This document shows, in pieces, positions 25,401-36,050 of a DNA stretch of 41,180 bases. The stretch's first letter is position 1. Every line of letters begins with the position of its first letter. The position numbers were made by a program, and so were the translations under genes. The DNA comes from Bipalium vagum (taxonomy: Eukaryota), in contig JBBMKC010000008.1 in NCBI GenBank assembly GCA_037834085.1, forward strand, positions 1-41,180, in the 5' to 3' direction. A model generated the notes under the pieces. It was given only the letters and a program-made list of their open reading frames with translations. It searched no databases and was not told where the DNA came from.

Positions 25401-26892
25401 TGTTTGATTATTAACTTGATGGTTTTTAGTATTAATTTGTGATTATTGGAAATCAATAATTAATTTTTTTTCACATTTAATCAGTTGCGATTCTTTGATT
25501 TTTAAGACATTTGATTGTGGTATTGTGATTTGTGTAAATGGTTTTGTTTTGAAGTATGATAAGATTTTATTGTGGTAGTTTGTTTCATTCAAGTTTAGAT
25601 TTATGAATCTGTAATAGTAGTAAAACAAACAAAACATTAAATAGTAAGGAGTCAGTTAATTCGAGCTAAAGTCACATATTTTGATTAAGGAAAATAGTAA
25701 AAAAAATAATAATAGTAATAAATATTTTATATGAAACATTAAAAATGAAAAATCACAATATTTTATCATTTTTATAATTTTTTTCACAATGCAATTATTT
25801 ATTCTCTTTATTATGAGAAGTCAAGAATTTAATCTAATAACATGTGGAATTAAATAACTATTTATTCTAATAAATTTTATTTAGTAAATAAATGAAGTTA
25901 CGGATTTGGAAAATAAGGAGGAATAAGATGGTGAATTTTTATTTTAATGATTTTCCAGTACATTTGTTACCAAAATAAACATTAACTTGTATTTTATTAT
26001 TTTGGTTTTATTTAATTATATTTTATACTTATTCGAATTACTTAACTATTATTTTCTTTTATGTGGAAAATTCTATTAGGAATTTCTTGATGAAAAAAAA
26101 AATTTTACTTATAAATATTGATTTTCACTCAGATATTTTCTTAAAATTTTTATTAAATTAAATAATAAAAGTGCTTGAGTACATTAACGAATTTATTATT
26201 ATCTCATTGTAATATTCAATTACGTTTCTAAGATTCTGGGACGTATGATGGATAGTGGAAATCTCAACCAGATTAAAGCAATTGATATGAGTTATACACC
26301 CAGTTTAACTGAGACTCCAGTTTTGAAATTTCTCTCTAAATTTGGACCTCAATTGCACGGACTCATGCTCCAAGGAAAGGCATCATTGGCAGAATACTTC
26401 TGGACAAATGTAATTCAATATCTTCCAAAAATTCGGTATATATATAAAATTATTCATTTTGTTAAAAATTCATTTTATTTATAAAAGGATATGTGTGTTA
26501 GGAGCAGCGGATGGATGGTTTTATAAATATAATACCCGAGTTCACATCGATCAAATAGTAGAAGGATTTGCGCAACGTTGTCCTTTGTTAGAGGCTTTGG
26601 AAATACAATGGGATCCTGACACTATTCGATTTAGTGATAAAAGCAGAAAATTTATTGATCATATTAGGCAAGAAAAATTACTATTATTATTATTTTTATT
26701 TACCTTATAAATTTTTGTAGACTTAAATGTGCACACTTGAAAACATATACATTGAGCGATGGAAAGTACTATGAAATGGTTAAATCAAATTTCGAGAGGG
26801 CTGATAAAGTCAGAGTTATTCGAACTACGACAAGTTACACTACCAGTATTGTGAATCTTCTAAGAGATTACAGAGACCTTATGTTTAATTAG
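13445..26892 (+). CDS. FipoQ: F-box and leucine-rich repeat protein, FipoQ-like (exons 2-8; ~506 aa with exon 1)
   Basis: Exons 13445-13931, 15073-15116, 15163-15385, 17585-17751, 26233-26435, 26488-26667, 26721-26892 join in frame. F-box FNELPDKLILKIFSYL..VCRKW; LDFSNAMQLHDF, CLSDVIFMEGLMRKIY, EEEEEIYEVINI, WDPDTIRFSDKS, LSDGKYYEMVKSNFERAD, YRDLMFN* recalled as matching the Drosophila FipoQ family. The symbol is the Drosophila name, assigned from memory. Confidence 0.9.
18556..19739 (-). mobile_element. Near full-length degenerate DD37E transposon with TIRs and TA TSD
   Basis: TA|AGGACTGTATCGAAAA (18556) and TTTTCGATACAATCTT|TA (19739); minus strand KTGRPPG, CIIMDDETYAKF, MWQAICEC, LFWPDLAAIHYSKK..YPP[deletion]EIRPI*; 37-residue spacing if the deleted NCP is restored. 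Confidence 0.88.
20321..20785 (+). mobile_element. pogo/Tigger-like element 5' part (CENP-B-type HTH), cut by the gap
   Basis: Terminus-like CAGCGTAACTCGGTTATAGCG with TCGGTTTTAACGTC subterminal repeats; MECKRKFLTIEKKITVI and KKRIRKPKNADVDEKFLKWFTQ. Confidence 0.72.
20786..20885. other. Assembly gap (100 N), no flank duplication
   Basis: Run of N. Confidence 0.97.
21120..21880 (+). mobile_element. Degenerate mariner relic
   Basis: GRP linker (~21335) and IVTCDEKCVVYDNQ*RSVQ (~21487), the mariner first-D motif TxDEKW. Boundaries approximate. Confidence 0.65.
22151..22507 (-). mobile_element. Mariner (DD34D) 3' relic
   Basis: KVLPH..YSLDLDPTDYHLFRSMQHFLAG..RW..IMDNNRSYFAD*, corresponding to the YSPDLAPxDY motif. 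Confidence 0.8.
23519..24831 (+). mobile_element. Full-length (1313 bp) Tc1-family transposon with pseudogenised transposase, D35E spacing
   Basis: 26-bp TIRs CAGTAGTGACCATTAAATTAAGGCCA / TGGCCTCAATTTAATGGCCACTACGG (3 mismatches), TA on both sides; HTH ORF 23712-23900, VMFTNES, TVKHP, LQQDSAPCH..WPSNSPDLNVIE, stop at 24695; frameshifts and stops. Confidence 0.95.
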
Positions 26893-27012
26893 ATATTAAA
26901 AATTATTTCAATTAGTTCTTTGATTCATTTATTATGATAATGCCTGTGATGAAACTATCTACAGTAGTTTGTAAGTCCTCAGAATATAAATTTTCAGTAT
27001 TTGTTTTATTTG

Positions 27013-27018
27013 AATAAA
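27013..27018 (+). promoter_or_regulatory. Candidate polyadenylation signal of the F-box/LRR gene
   Basis: AATAAA ~120 nt after the TAG stop, followed by T/G-rich sequence; the hexamer is common in this AT-rich DNA. Confidence 0.45.
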
Positions 27019-30000
27019 ATGTTCTTAGATTATGTTTTTAAGAAATTGAATGTTTAATTTGTAATGTTTTAAACAAAAAATAATGAGACTGGTTATGTTG
27101 CTAGATATGTAACTCAAAAAAATTATTATGAATTTTAATGAATTACACTAGACTAAGTTTTAATATTAGTTCCTAAATATTAGATAATTATCTCTTAAAA
27201 TTATCTCTTAAAATTACAAATTTCATAATAATCTTTTTAAAATGTATCTTCTACAGTTCAATAGAATTCATTCGTATCACCTATACATAATTCTTTTATT
27301 GTGAAGTCTGTAAATATATATCCAATTTCCATTATATTGAAATGAACTATTTATCATCATTAAATCTTAAAATTAGTAAAACGTTTTATGTTTCCCTATG
27401 AAATCTTTCTATGTTTGTGATCCACTATTTTATGAGGTTGATAAAATTTCATATATATTTTATTGTTTAAAAACGATCGAAAGACGACGATTGTTTAAAT
27501 TATTAAATTAATCTAAACTATATTATACAGATTAAATAATGCTAAACACTTAAATACATACATTTGTTCACTAACTAGTGTATCAAACGTTTAACCTGAC
27601 TCCAACTCTTAGGTGGTGCAAAAATAATAACAATCAGTAAAGCAATTACTTGTATTTATAACACAAACTTCCCACAATGATAACAATAACATAAAATCGT
27701 CAAACTCCAGAGAAAGAGATCACAATAAGATCTGAAATGTCTGCAATTGTCTTTAATAATCAATCAAACACAATAGTTAATAAAATTCGAGTTAAGAAAC
27801 ACAAATCAATACTCAAAGTTAATCAATAGATAATATGAAATAATAAAATCAAATTACTAAGTTTTAACCGAAAATAAAATTAAGATGATAATAAAAAAAT
27901 GGAATAAGCTTACGAATTATTTTCGTTTAAGCTTCCCGACCTATTAGCTGAGCCTTTACAGTTGCTCAGAAATAGCCCTCTGGTGGGGAACTTGAACACG
28001 ATTCCAGGCAAAATATCATTAGGGAAAAAATACTTTTGTAGTAGACTGATACGCGATACGAATACGAATATCTTGATCTTGAATACGAATATCTGGTTCT
28101 CTTAAGATTTTTCTTCTCCTGGTCGCTCTCGTGATTGTGGGCAAATTTATGATAAGATCCTTCCTCTTATAAAGTATTTTGGTCGATGCCTTTTTTCTTT
28201 TTAATTAACTTTTGTACTTTAATTAGTTAAAAATTATTATTCTTAGTATTATTATTATGATTATGATTATTATTATTATTTTTGTCCTTTTGGGCCCAAT
28301 TTCACAATTATTATTATTATTATTATTTTGAGCATCCTTTTACAATTTTCATTTGGGACGTTTAGGTGTTTTGTGTAAACCAAACACACTTAAATATCCA
28401 AAAAAGCTTTTTTTGTTGATAAAAAGATTTAAATTTTTATAATTTAAACAAATACCGTCTTTACGGTGTTTTTAATCATTTTAGTAATTTAAAAAATTTC
28501 GATAATATTAATTATATCATTCTATTTACAGGAATATTATTCTAATTTATATTATAATATAATGCTGGAATTTTAAAAATTGATTTAGCTTAGCAAAAAG
28601 ATATAAACAAAACGGGAACAAACAGAATTTCAACCCAAATATATCAAATCAATTAATGTAATTTTATTTTTATATTTAAAACTAAGACGAAACATTTTTA
28701 GATACAATTCTATCTTCATTTTTAAAACAAAACGTACCGAAATCAAACTTGTACAACTGTTCAATATGTGAGATATATATTTATAAAATTTAAGATCGTT
28801 TTCATATCAGTTTTTGAATCATTTTGTTGAAATTCCCATTAATAAAATTTATAATATACAAATAGATGACATTTGTACTAGCTACAGTTTCTCACCTGTA
28901 CCTTCGAATATGTAATATTTTAATGTTAAAATGTTTAGTTTAAAGTTTATTGTAATAATTCCGAGTTCATAATTATGAAATGTTTTCTCAATTAACCTAC
29001 TACATGTAAGACAGTGAAATAAATTCAAAAAGAAGGTACAGTCAACCATGTCTAATATGAACACTATCGTTAGAATTTTTTTCACATGCTCATATTAAAA
29101 AATAATAACATAACATTAAAGATTTCACAAAAACGTATTAATTACACCTTTTTTTTTTATTTCTTTGACACAATAAAGTCTGATTTTCAATTGTCTAGAT
29201 GCTTTTTCTCCTTGAATTTTATTAATCAAACCCCATATTTTGTTCATATCGGGAATATTATTTTGGAAGTATTTTTCAAGTTTTCTTGCCTAAATTATTA
29301 ATTTATTTTGCACTAATTTTTGTTCATTATTCAAAATAAAGTGTTCGTATTATAAAACATAATTTCCCATGAAAACCATATAATTACCAATAATTTATGA
29401 CTTAAATGTTCATATTAAGGATATTGATTATTCTTAGTTATTATTATTTCGTGGCATTACCACTGCTACTGTGCTTCAGATAATGTGACTAAATCATTGA
29501 TTAAAACTGTTCTTCTTAATAACATTTGAAAAACGATAAGAATAAAAATTATATGAAAACGTTATTGGAACTATCTGTAACAACGAATGAAATGTGACAA
29601 TTGGTGAATTAAGTTTAATTAACATTTTATACATTAAATAATATATTAAAGCTAAAATTTGACTTTCGGTATTTTATCCAAATTTAATCTATATTTAATA
29701 TCAAAATAGTAACTTTAAAAGATTTAGACCTAAATTTTATATCATTAATCATTTTTCTTTTCTGAAATATTTTAACTCAAATTGTTTTAAAAATGAAATT
29801 AAAAATTATAACTATGCATTATTAGGAAGTTCTTCTGTTTTGATTTCTTTAATTTTGAAAAAAAAACATTCTGATAAAATTGAAAAATTTTTAATATAGA
29901 ATTGTTTTTTGTTTTAATGATACAATAAATTAAATTTTAGAAAATAATCGCAATTGAAAATAAAACAGGCCATTGTTATGTAAAACTTGTGAAATGAAAA

Positions 30001-30047
30001 TTCATCGTTGAATTTGAGCGAGAAATAATATTTTGAGATTAACGAAA

Positions 30048-31913
30048 TTATCGATTCAAAAACTCTCTTATGTTTTCTATACCTTTTATTGTGCAACAAC
30101 AGTTTGCACTTGCCGGCATGAACAGTTGTTGAATGGAAACCCACAAATTTGTGAGGCCTGGTTGCCACTTTTCCACCAGTGAGATCGTTGAATTCGTTTC
30201 GTCACTCCATCCCCCCATCACGTAGATCTCGTCCTCCAACACGGCGAGACAGAAATTGCTTCTCTGTCTGATCATCGACGGCATCGTTTGCCAGCGATTG
30301 GCAACAGGATCATACCGTTCAACGGTCCTTAGACGCTGTAAACCGTCGTTGCCACCAATTGCAAACAAGAAATGCTTGTGTGTGACCACGCTCACTCCAC
30401 TCCTGATGTTCTTCATCGGAGCAACGGTTGACCATTGATCCACTTTGGGATCATATACTTCCACGGACGAATAAAAATGGTGACCATCAAACCCTCCGCA
30501 AACGTACAGCTTTCCGAACAATGAATCACAACCCGCATCGCTCCGAACTTGTTTCATTGGTGATACAAAGGTCCAATGATTCTGATACGGATCGTATCTT
30601 TCTACGGAACTCAATCGTCCCCTTCCGTTGTGACCGCCTATAGCGTAGATGAAATCCTCCAACAAACACGTTGTGATATAATTCCGCTTTTCGTGCATCG
30701 GTGAAAGATATTTCCACATTTTGCACACCAGGTCAAACATTTTCAACGTCTGAGTCGGACCGGAGGAGACGTATCCACCGACAATATATATTTTGTTTTT
30801 GTGTAAAATACATCCGGAATATGCGTGGCCCTCGTCGAGACAAATCGATTCACCGATAATTCTAATCCATATATTAGCACGATTATCGAACACTTGAATG
30901 GCTTTAGATGGTCCAAAGTTAGGATCATCTTGATTACCTTCCCAGCCTCCAACTACGATAATAGCTTCTCTTGGTAATCTTGGCTTGTGGATATAACTAA
31001 TGGTCTCACTGATGTCTCCTTGCTTTTCATTGATTGATATAGATTTTAAACTGTAATTCAATTCTTCCGATGACATTCTCGCCCATTCCAATAAGTGACT
31101 GCAATCTTTCCACGATTTAAGAATAAACCTGTTGTTAAAAACCTGATTTAAGTCTTCTGTACTCAGTCTTCCCAATCTCAAACATCCTATGAGTTCGGAA
31201 CAGTAACACTGTCTTTCTTTAAAATTATAATCAATCCATTTGTCAATAAGAGATAATAATTTTATTTCATCTTTTGTGTTTAAAAAATCATTTTTCAAAA
31301 AAGATTTTAAATGGTTAACGTTGATTTTTAATATATCTTCGGAAATAACGACAGATGAAAAATTTTCTAAAATATAATTTTCAACGTATTTATTTAACTC
31401 TGGGTATTCTGATAACAACTCAATAGCCACATTCCAATATTGCCAACAATTGTCAGTGTTTATATTGTTATGTATTTGAGATACACAAAACTCCAAAACG
31501 GTTGAGACTTTAAAATAAATGGCAGCTCTTAAAATCGAGAAAGCATTCTGTGTAGTGATTTTCAAATTTGAATTATAATTATTATCTTGAGAATGAATAA
31601 ATGATAAAATATATTCTAATCCAGAAATATCATCATAATGAACTTTAATTCTATCATTTTCGATTTCACTTACACTTCTAGTTCTAGATCTTTGTGGTGG
31701 ATTAGGATATGATTGACTGCTTGCTTCACCTTTGGACTTTTGTTTAAATCTTTCAAGTTCTTTAACCCGAATTTCTTTCAATTGATTACAAAAGTATTCA
31801 CTGGCTCGTGCTAATTTGTATCCACTAACCTTATGTTCATGGTCTTTCTCTATAATAATTGTTCGATCTAATAAGTATTCTGGATATGAAGTGACAAAAC
31901 AACAGTTTATCAT
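30048..31913 (-). CDS. KLHL10: Kelch-like protein 10-like (divergent BTB, BACK, six Kelch repeats), single exon, 621 aa
   Basis: Uninterrupted ORF; PRLP..IIVVGGW entry, six GG-containing repeats, RSDA, RSGV, RSNF and terminal SANCCCTIKGIENIREF parallel the KLHL10 repeat pattern; BACK motifs NC, NF, L..DFLN..E..L...KWI. Confidence 0.88.
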   Translation of the reverse strand: MINCCFVTSYPEYLLDRTIIIEKDHEHKVSGYKLARASEYFCNQLKEIRVKELERFKQKSKGEASSQSYPNPPQRSRTRSVSEIENDRIKVHYDDISGLEYILSFIHSQDNNYNSNLKITTQNAFSILRAAIYFKVSTVLEFCVSQIHNNINTDNCWQYWNVAIELLSEYPELNKYVENYILENFSSVVISEDILKINVNHLKSFLKNDFLNTKDEIKLLSLIDKWIDYNFKERQCYCSELIGCLRLGRLSTEDLNQVFNNRFILKSWKDCSHLLEWARMSSEELNYSLKSISINEKQGDISETISYIHKPRLPREAIIVVGGWEGNQDDPNFGPSKAIQVFDNRANIWIRIIGESICLDEGHAYSGCILHKNKIYIVGGYVSSGPTQTLKMFDLVCKMWKYLSPMHEKRNYITTCLLEDFIYAIGGHNGRGRLSSVERYDPYQNHWTFVSPMKQVRSDAGCDSLFGKLYVCGGFDGHHFYSSVEVYDPKVDQWSTVAPMKNIRSGVSVVTHKHFLFAIGGNDGLQRLRTVERYDPVANRWQTMPSMIRQRSNFCLAVLEDEIYVMGGWSDETNSTISLVEKWQPGLTNLWVSIQQLFMPASANCCCTIKGIENIREFLNR

Positions 31914-32267
31914 CAGATTTAGGCAACCCCATTAAAAATTAAAAATAAAATTTCGGAAAACATCGATATAATTTATAATTTATTTAAATAAATAAATCAA
32001 TAACATAAAATTAAATTTAGAAATTAATTAATTTCGGAAATTATTTTTATTCAAAAATACTATAAAATTTCATTTAAATTTTAGTTTATTTAATTTAACT
32101 TTGTAAATATTTTTTTAATTCATAAATTAAAAAAGATACTCAAAAACTTACGATTTTTTAAAATCAAAATTTCTAATAGTTTTAAAATTTCCTTGTATTA
32201 ATAAATTGTTTTTGTTAAAATGATATAACAATTACATAAATTTTACAGTCATATTTGAAATTAGAGA
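31914..32267. promoter_or_regulatory. Probable bidirectional promoter between the KLHL10-like and TLC-domain genes
   Basis: 354 bp of extremely AT-rich DNA between divergent ATGs. Confidence 0.55.
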
Positions 32268-32485
32268 ATGACCAAATTAAATGAATCGTATTTTTTGACC
32301 ACAAATTGTGGTCTAGGAGTTATGTTCTTAGTGATAGGTTTTTTTCATATTATTCACCGTATTATTGGATATTGCTGCATTCCAATATTTATCAAATCCA
32401 AAGGAAAAGAATCAGTTTGGAAATGGTGTAATCTCTTGATGTCGTGGTTTCACGCTCTCATTGTCGGTAGTTGGGATTTATTATG
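32268..32485 (+). CDS. First exon of a TLC (TRAM/LAG1/CLN8) domain membrane protein, TLCD1/TLCD2-like; later exons not found in window
   Basis: N-terminal hydrophobic helix then WKWCNLLMSWFHALIVGSWDLL, matching the WKWRNxxxSxxHS motif of TLCD1/2; donor TG|GTTAAT at 32486 (phase 2). Confidence 0.8.
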
Positions 32486-35459
32486 GTTAATCTTTTGATT
32501 TATGCTCATTTATAATAGTTTTAATTTATTATTCCAACTATGTAGATTAGTTAAAAGTTAAGGTTAGCTCTTTAAGTTTATTTTACAAGTTTAATTTAAT
32601 TTTGAGTTAAATGAGTTAAGTTTTACTTTTGTTTTAAACCTATAAATTATAAATATAACAAAGATTTGGATTGGTTTTCACTAAATTTATGCTGTAATCT
32701 TAAAATTTTCAATAAAATTTAACACAGTCTAAATAATATTCGTCAGTTTTTTAGAAATAGATTTTACTTTACATGTTTATCTTTCTTGAGAAAATTCATA
32801 AATTAAAAATTGAAAGTAAGTCTACTGGACCCTTATTTTCGTGTATATGATTTTTGAAAAGATTCATACTGTTTTGTTCTTTGTCACAACATCGGCTTTA
32901 CAAAAGTAATCTCTACGTTAGTCCATTCTACAATTATTATGGAATGTATACAATCAATCCGGTGTACTTTATGGACATGGTGCGTTCAGCGGGGTCTCGG
33001 GTTGAGATTTGAAACGGATCGCATTTTCTTTCGACCGTGTTTTAATTTGAAAATAGTTTTTAAAATATTCAATATTTTTCGTTTCACATTTCAATAATCG
33101 ATTATATTTTCAAATCGACTGCATATTATTTTTATGTCAATCTATCTTTTTTGACCAAGTCGATTAAAAAAATTTTATTTTTTATAAAATATTGATCTTT
33201 AAACTTAATTTTTTGATCAGTTTTTACTTTAATTATCGAATCAAATTGAATAGGCCCATAAAACTAATTTTTAAGTTGAACAGTTTAGATTTTTAGATTG
33301 AAATTTGGAAAAGAATCTTTAAATTATCAGAATAAATGAGACGAAATATTTATTTTACAAGAATAAATTGATTTTGATTTCATCTTTCAAATGTCGAATG
33401 AATTAACGTAAAACAATTTGAAAAGAAGAATTTTTGTATTAGATTCGATTTTTAAGCGTAACAAAGTCGAGACATTTTTACATTTGTAAGAGATTCTAGT
33501 CTTTCAATGGAGAGAGCACATTGACTAGTACAAAACCCTTTACATACCGAAAAGATATTGTTATGTATTTGGCTAGACTAAAAAGAGGGAAAAGTTTATG
33601 ATGAACTCTTGTCTGAAACAAATTCATTTATTCAGATAAATTATATTCACAATAAAGTGAAGCTGTAAGACATTAGAAATGTTCTTAATTATCAATCAGA
33701 AAAGATAATTGTCTCTCTCAGGACAACAATAGAACCGAAATAACCTACCAATACTCGACCTGGACACTAAACCAGTTACAATAATCACAAACTATTTATT
33801 TCGATTCAATACAGTTTGGTTACAAAGCTTGATCGTCGGACCAAATCGTCGACCAGGTAAAGTAAGGTCACAGTACATAAAGGAACATATTTCTTTGGTT
33901 AAAAATGAATTTTAAAATTAAATTCAATTAAATGGTTTTCAAAAACCAGAAAAAATATTCAAAAACCTTCAAAGGATATTTGCAATATATTTTAAAAGTT
34001 GTTTCAAATTTGGTTAGAGTAATATAGGTAAAACTTGAGAGATTTCAAAGAATTTTGATGTGAATCAGTTGATCGGCTCTTTTGTTGTCTTCATTCGATC
34101 TGTGGAGTATTAATCAAAATTTCCTTTAAAATGAAATGAATTTCATTAATAAATTAATATATATCAATGAATAAATAAATTATCAAATTAATATATTAAT
34201 GGATTAATAAATAAAAAATTAATAAAATAGTGAATTAATAAATAAATAATAAAACAGTAAAGTAATAAATCAATTAATTAATAAAATAAAATCAATTAGT
34301 TATTAAATTAATAAATCAGTAAATTTATAAATAATTTAATATTCATATTATAATATTATAAAAGAAATGTCCATTTTAATCAGACAATTTAATTGATATT
34401 TTAATTCAGTTCTCATTATAATCTAAATACTAATGAATTTTATTGTACAATTATTGGAGTTACTATTTTCTCATTTAAATCAAATATAAAGCTTAGGATT
34501 TGGTTTTTATCGTAAGCTTTTTCGGACGATTGTATTCAATTGACAGTTTTGTAAATTATGGTCTTGATATCACAAGTACCATAATCTTGGAATAAAATGT
34601 TCTTGAAAAAGTTAATTATTGCTGTTTGGTATTTTTGTTTGCTTCTTTTCATTTCTGATGAATACTATTGCTGTAAGGCACTAGTCATTATTTGAATTTT
34701 TCTGGAGAAAAGTGATAATTCGAAAGATGTTATGAATAGTTTTATCTGAATAAGAATTTTCATTTAGTAAAAATAAAAATCCAACTGTAAGGTGTTGCAA
34801 TGAATCAATGATTTCACTGAATGTTTCCAGAATCAAAGACTTGAAACCTAATAGAGTTTTCATCTATTTCACTCCAACATGCGTAATTTCCTTCTGTAAT
34901 TTGAATATATATTTTCATGGAATCTGAATTATCACTCTGTGGTATGAATATAAATTTCTTCCAAAATCTTCAAAATAAACAGCTTTTCTATTCTGTATGG
35001 GACATTTCCAGTAATCAAAATTAAATTAATAGTTAAAATTGAGTAGCATTTTCAAGAAATGATTTTTAAAATACACATAAAAATGAAAAGTTACTGTTAT
35101 TTTGTTAATAAAAAATTATTAGAATGCGTCGAGTGTGTTTCTCCTTGAAGAAAAAAGTATAAATTTCCAAAATATAGGTGCCGATTACTCCCGACCTTTT
35201 CTGTGTTTTTTCTTTTACGATTTTTTTTCAAAAACGACAAGCACTATTTCTTTTTCTTTGAATTAATTTACAACTATTCAAAGTTACTAATTATTTTTTG
35301 TATTTTTATCTTACACCACTGTCCAATTAAAGTTTTTTTTTATCAAAATTGTTAATTTATTTATTCGGACATATAAAAAGTAGCGTTTCATATTCGAGAC
35401 ACTTATTATAGAGAAAAATAATTTTGTTTTAATTAATAAACTATTTACATTTTCCCAGG

Positions 35460-36050
35460 TTATCAGGTATGGATTATTTTAAAATACTTTTCACGAGACT
35501 TGTTAACTGTCTATCAAATTAAAAATGAAAATAAGGTACTAGGCAACAAACGCTTGCAGCATTGTATTCTTTAAGAAATTAACCATGGAAAAAGCGTAGA
35601 AGAAGCAAAAACAATTAATAAAAATTATCTTGTAACCAGATATCTGAAATAGTTTAGTCATTTAAAGGGTGGAAATTCTGAAAGGAATTTTAAATGTGAT
35701 TGGTCTTCGATCACTGGTACCAATGGTATGTAAAAGAATCCATAGAAATTAATTAAGAATTTGAATGTTGATTGAGAAGCGATTTACTTTCCCTTAAAAT
35801 AGATTATTAAAACAAGAAAATCACAAAAAGGAAACCTCATTAACGCTCCGAGAACAAAAATTAGGATTATTTTACTATACGAGTCTTGTTTCAAATAAAA
35901 ATATGAAAATTTTCTTGATCTCATTATTATTAGTATATAGATTGGATAATTTGTACTAATCTAAATTGTTAAGGAAACTTAATTTTCAGGAAGGATATTG
36001 GAAAACATCAAGGAAATATAAGTTGATCTGTTTAGCGGTTTGTTAGAAAT
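35460..36050 (+). mobile_element. Highly decayed mariner 5' relic
   Basis: RLQHCIL*EINHGKSVEEAKTIN...*FSHLKGGN resembles the mariner N-terminus (RHxxLYEF..G..A.EA / WF..FK.G). Confidence 0.5.

Noticed and set aside
28882-29085. ORF start KKILTIVFILDM similar to KKILSVIFILEM at 25191
   Set aside because: Similarity is limited to ~12 AT-rich-codon residues with little nucleotide identity; likely chance.
32970-33010. tRNA B-box-like GGTCTCGGGTTGAG
   Set aside because: No A-box or cloverleaf; too short to call.
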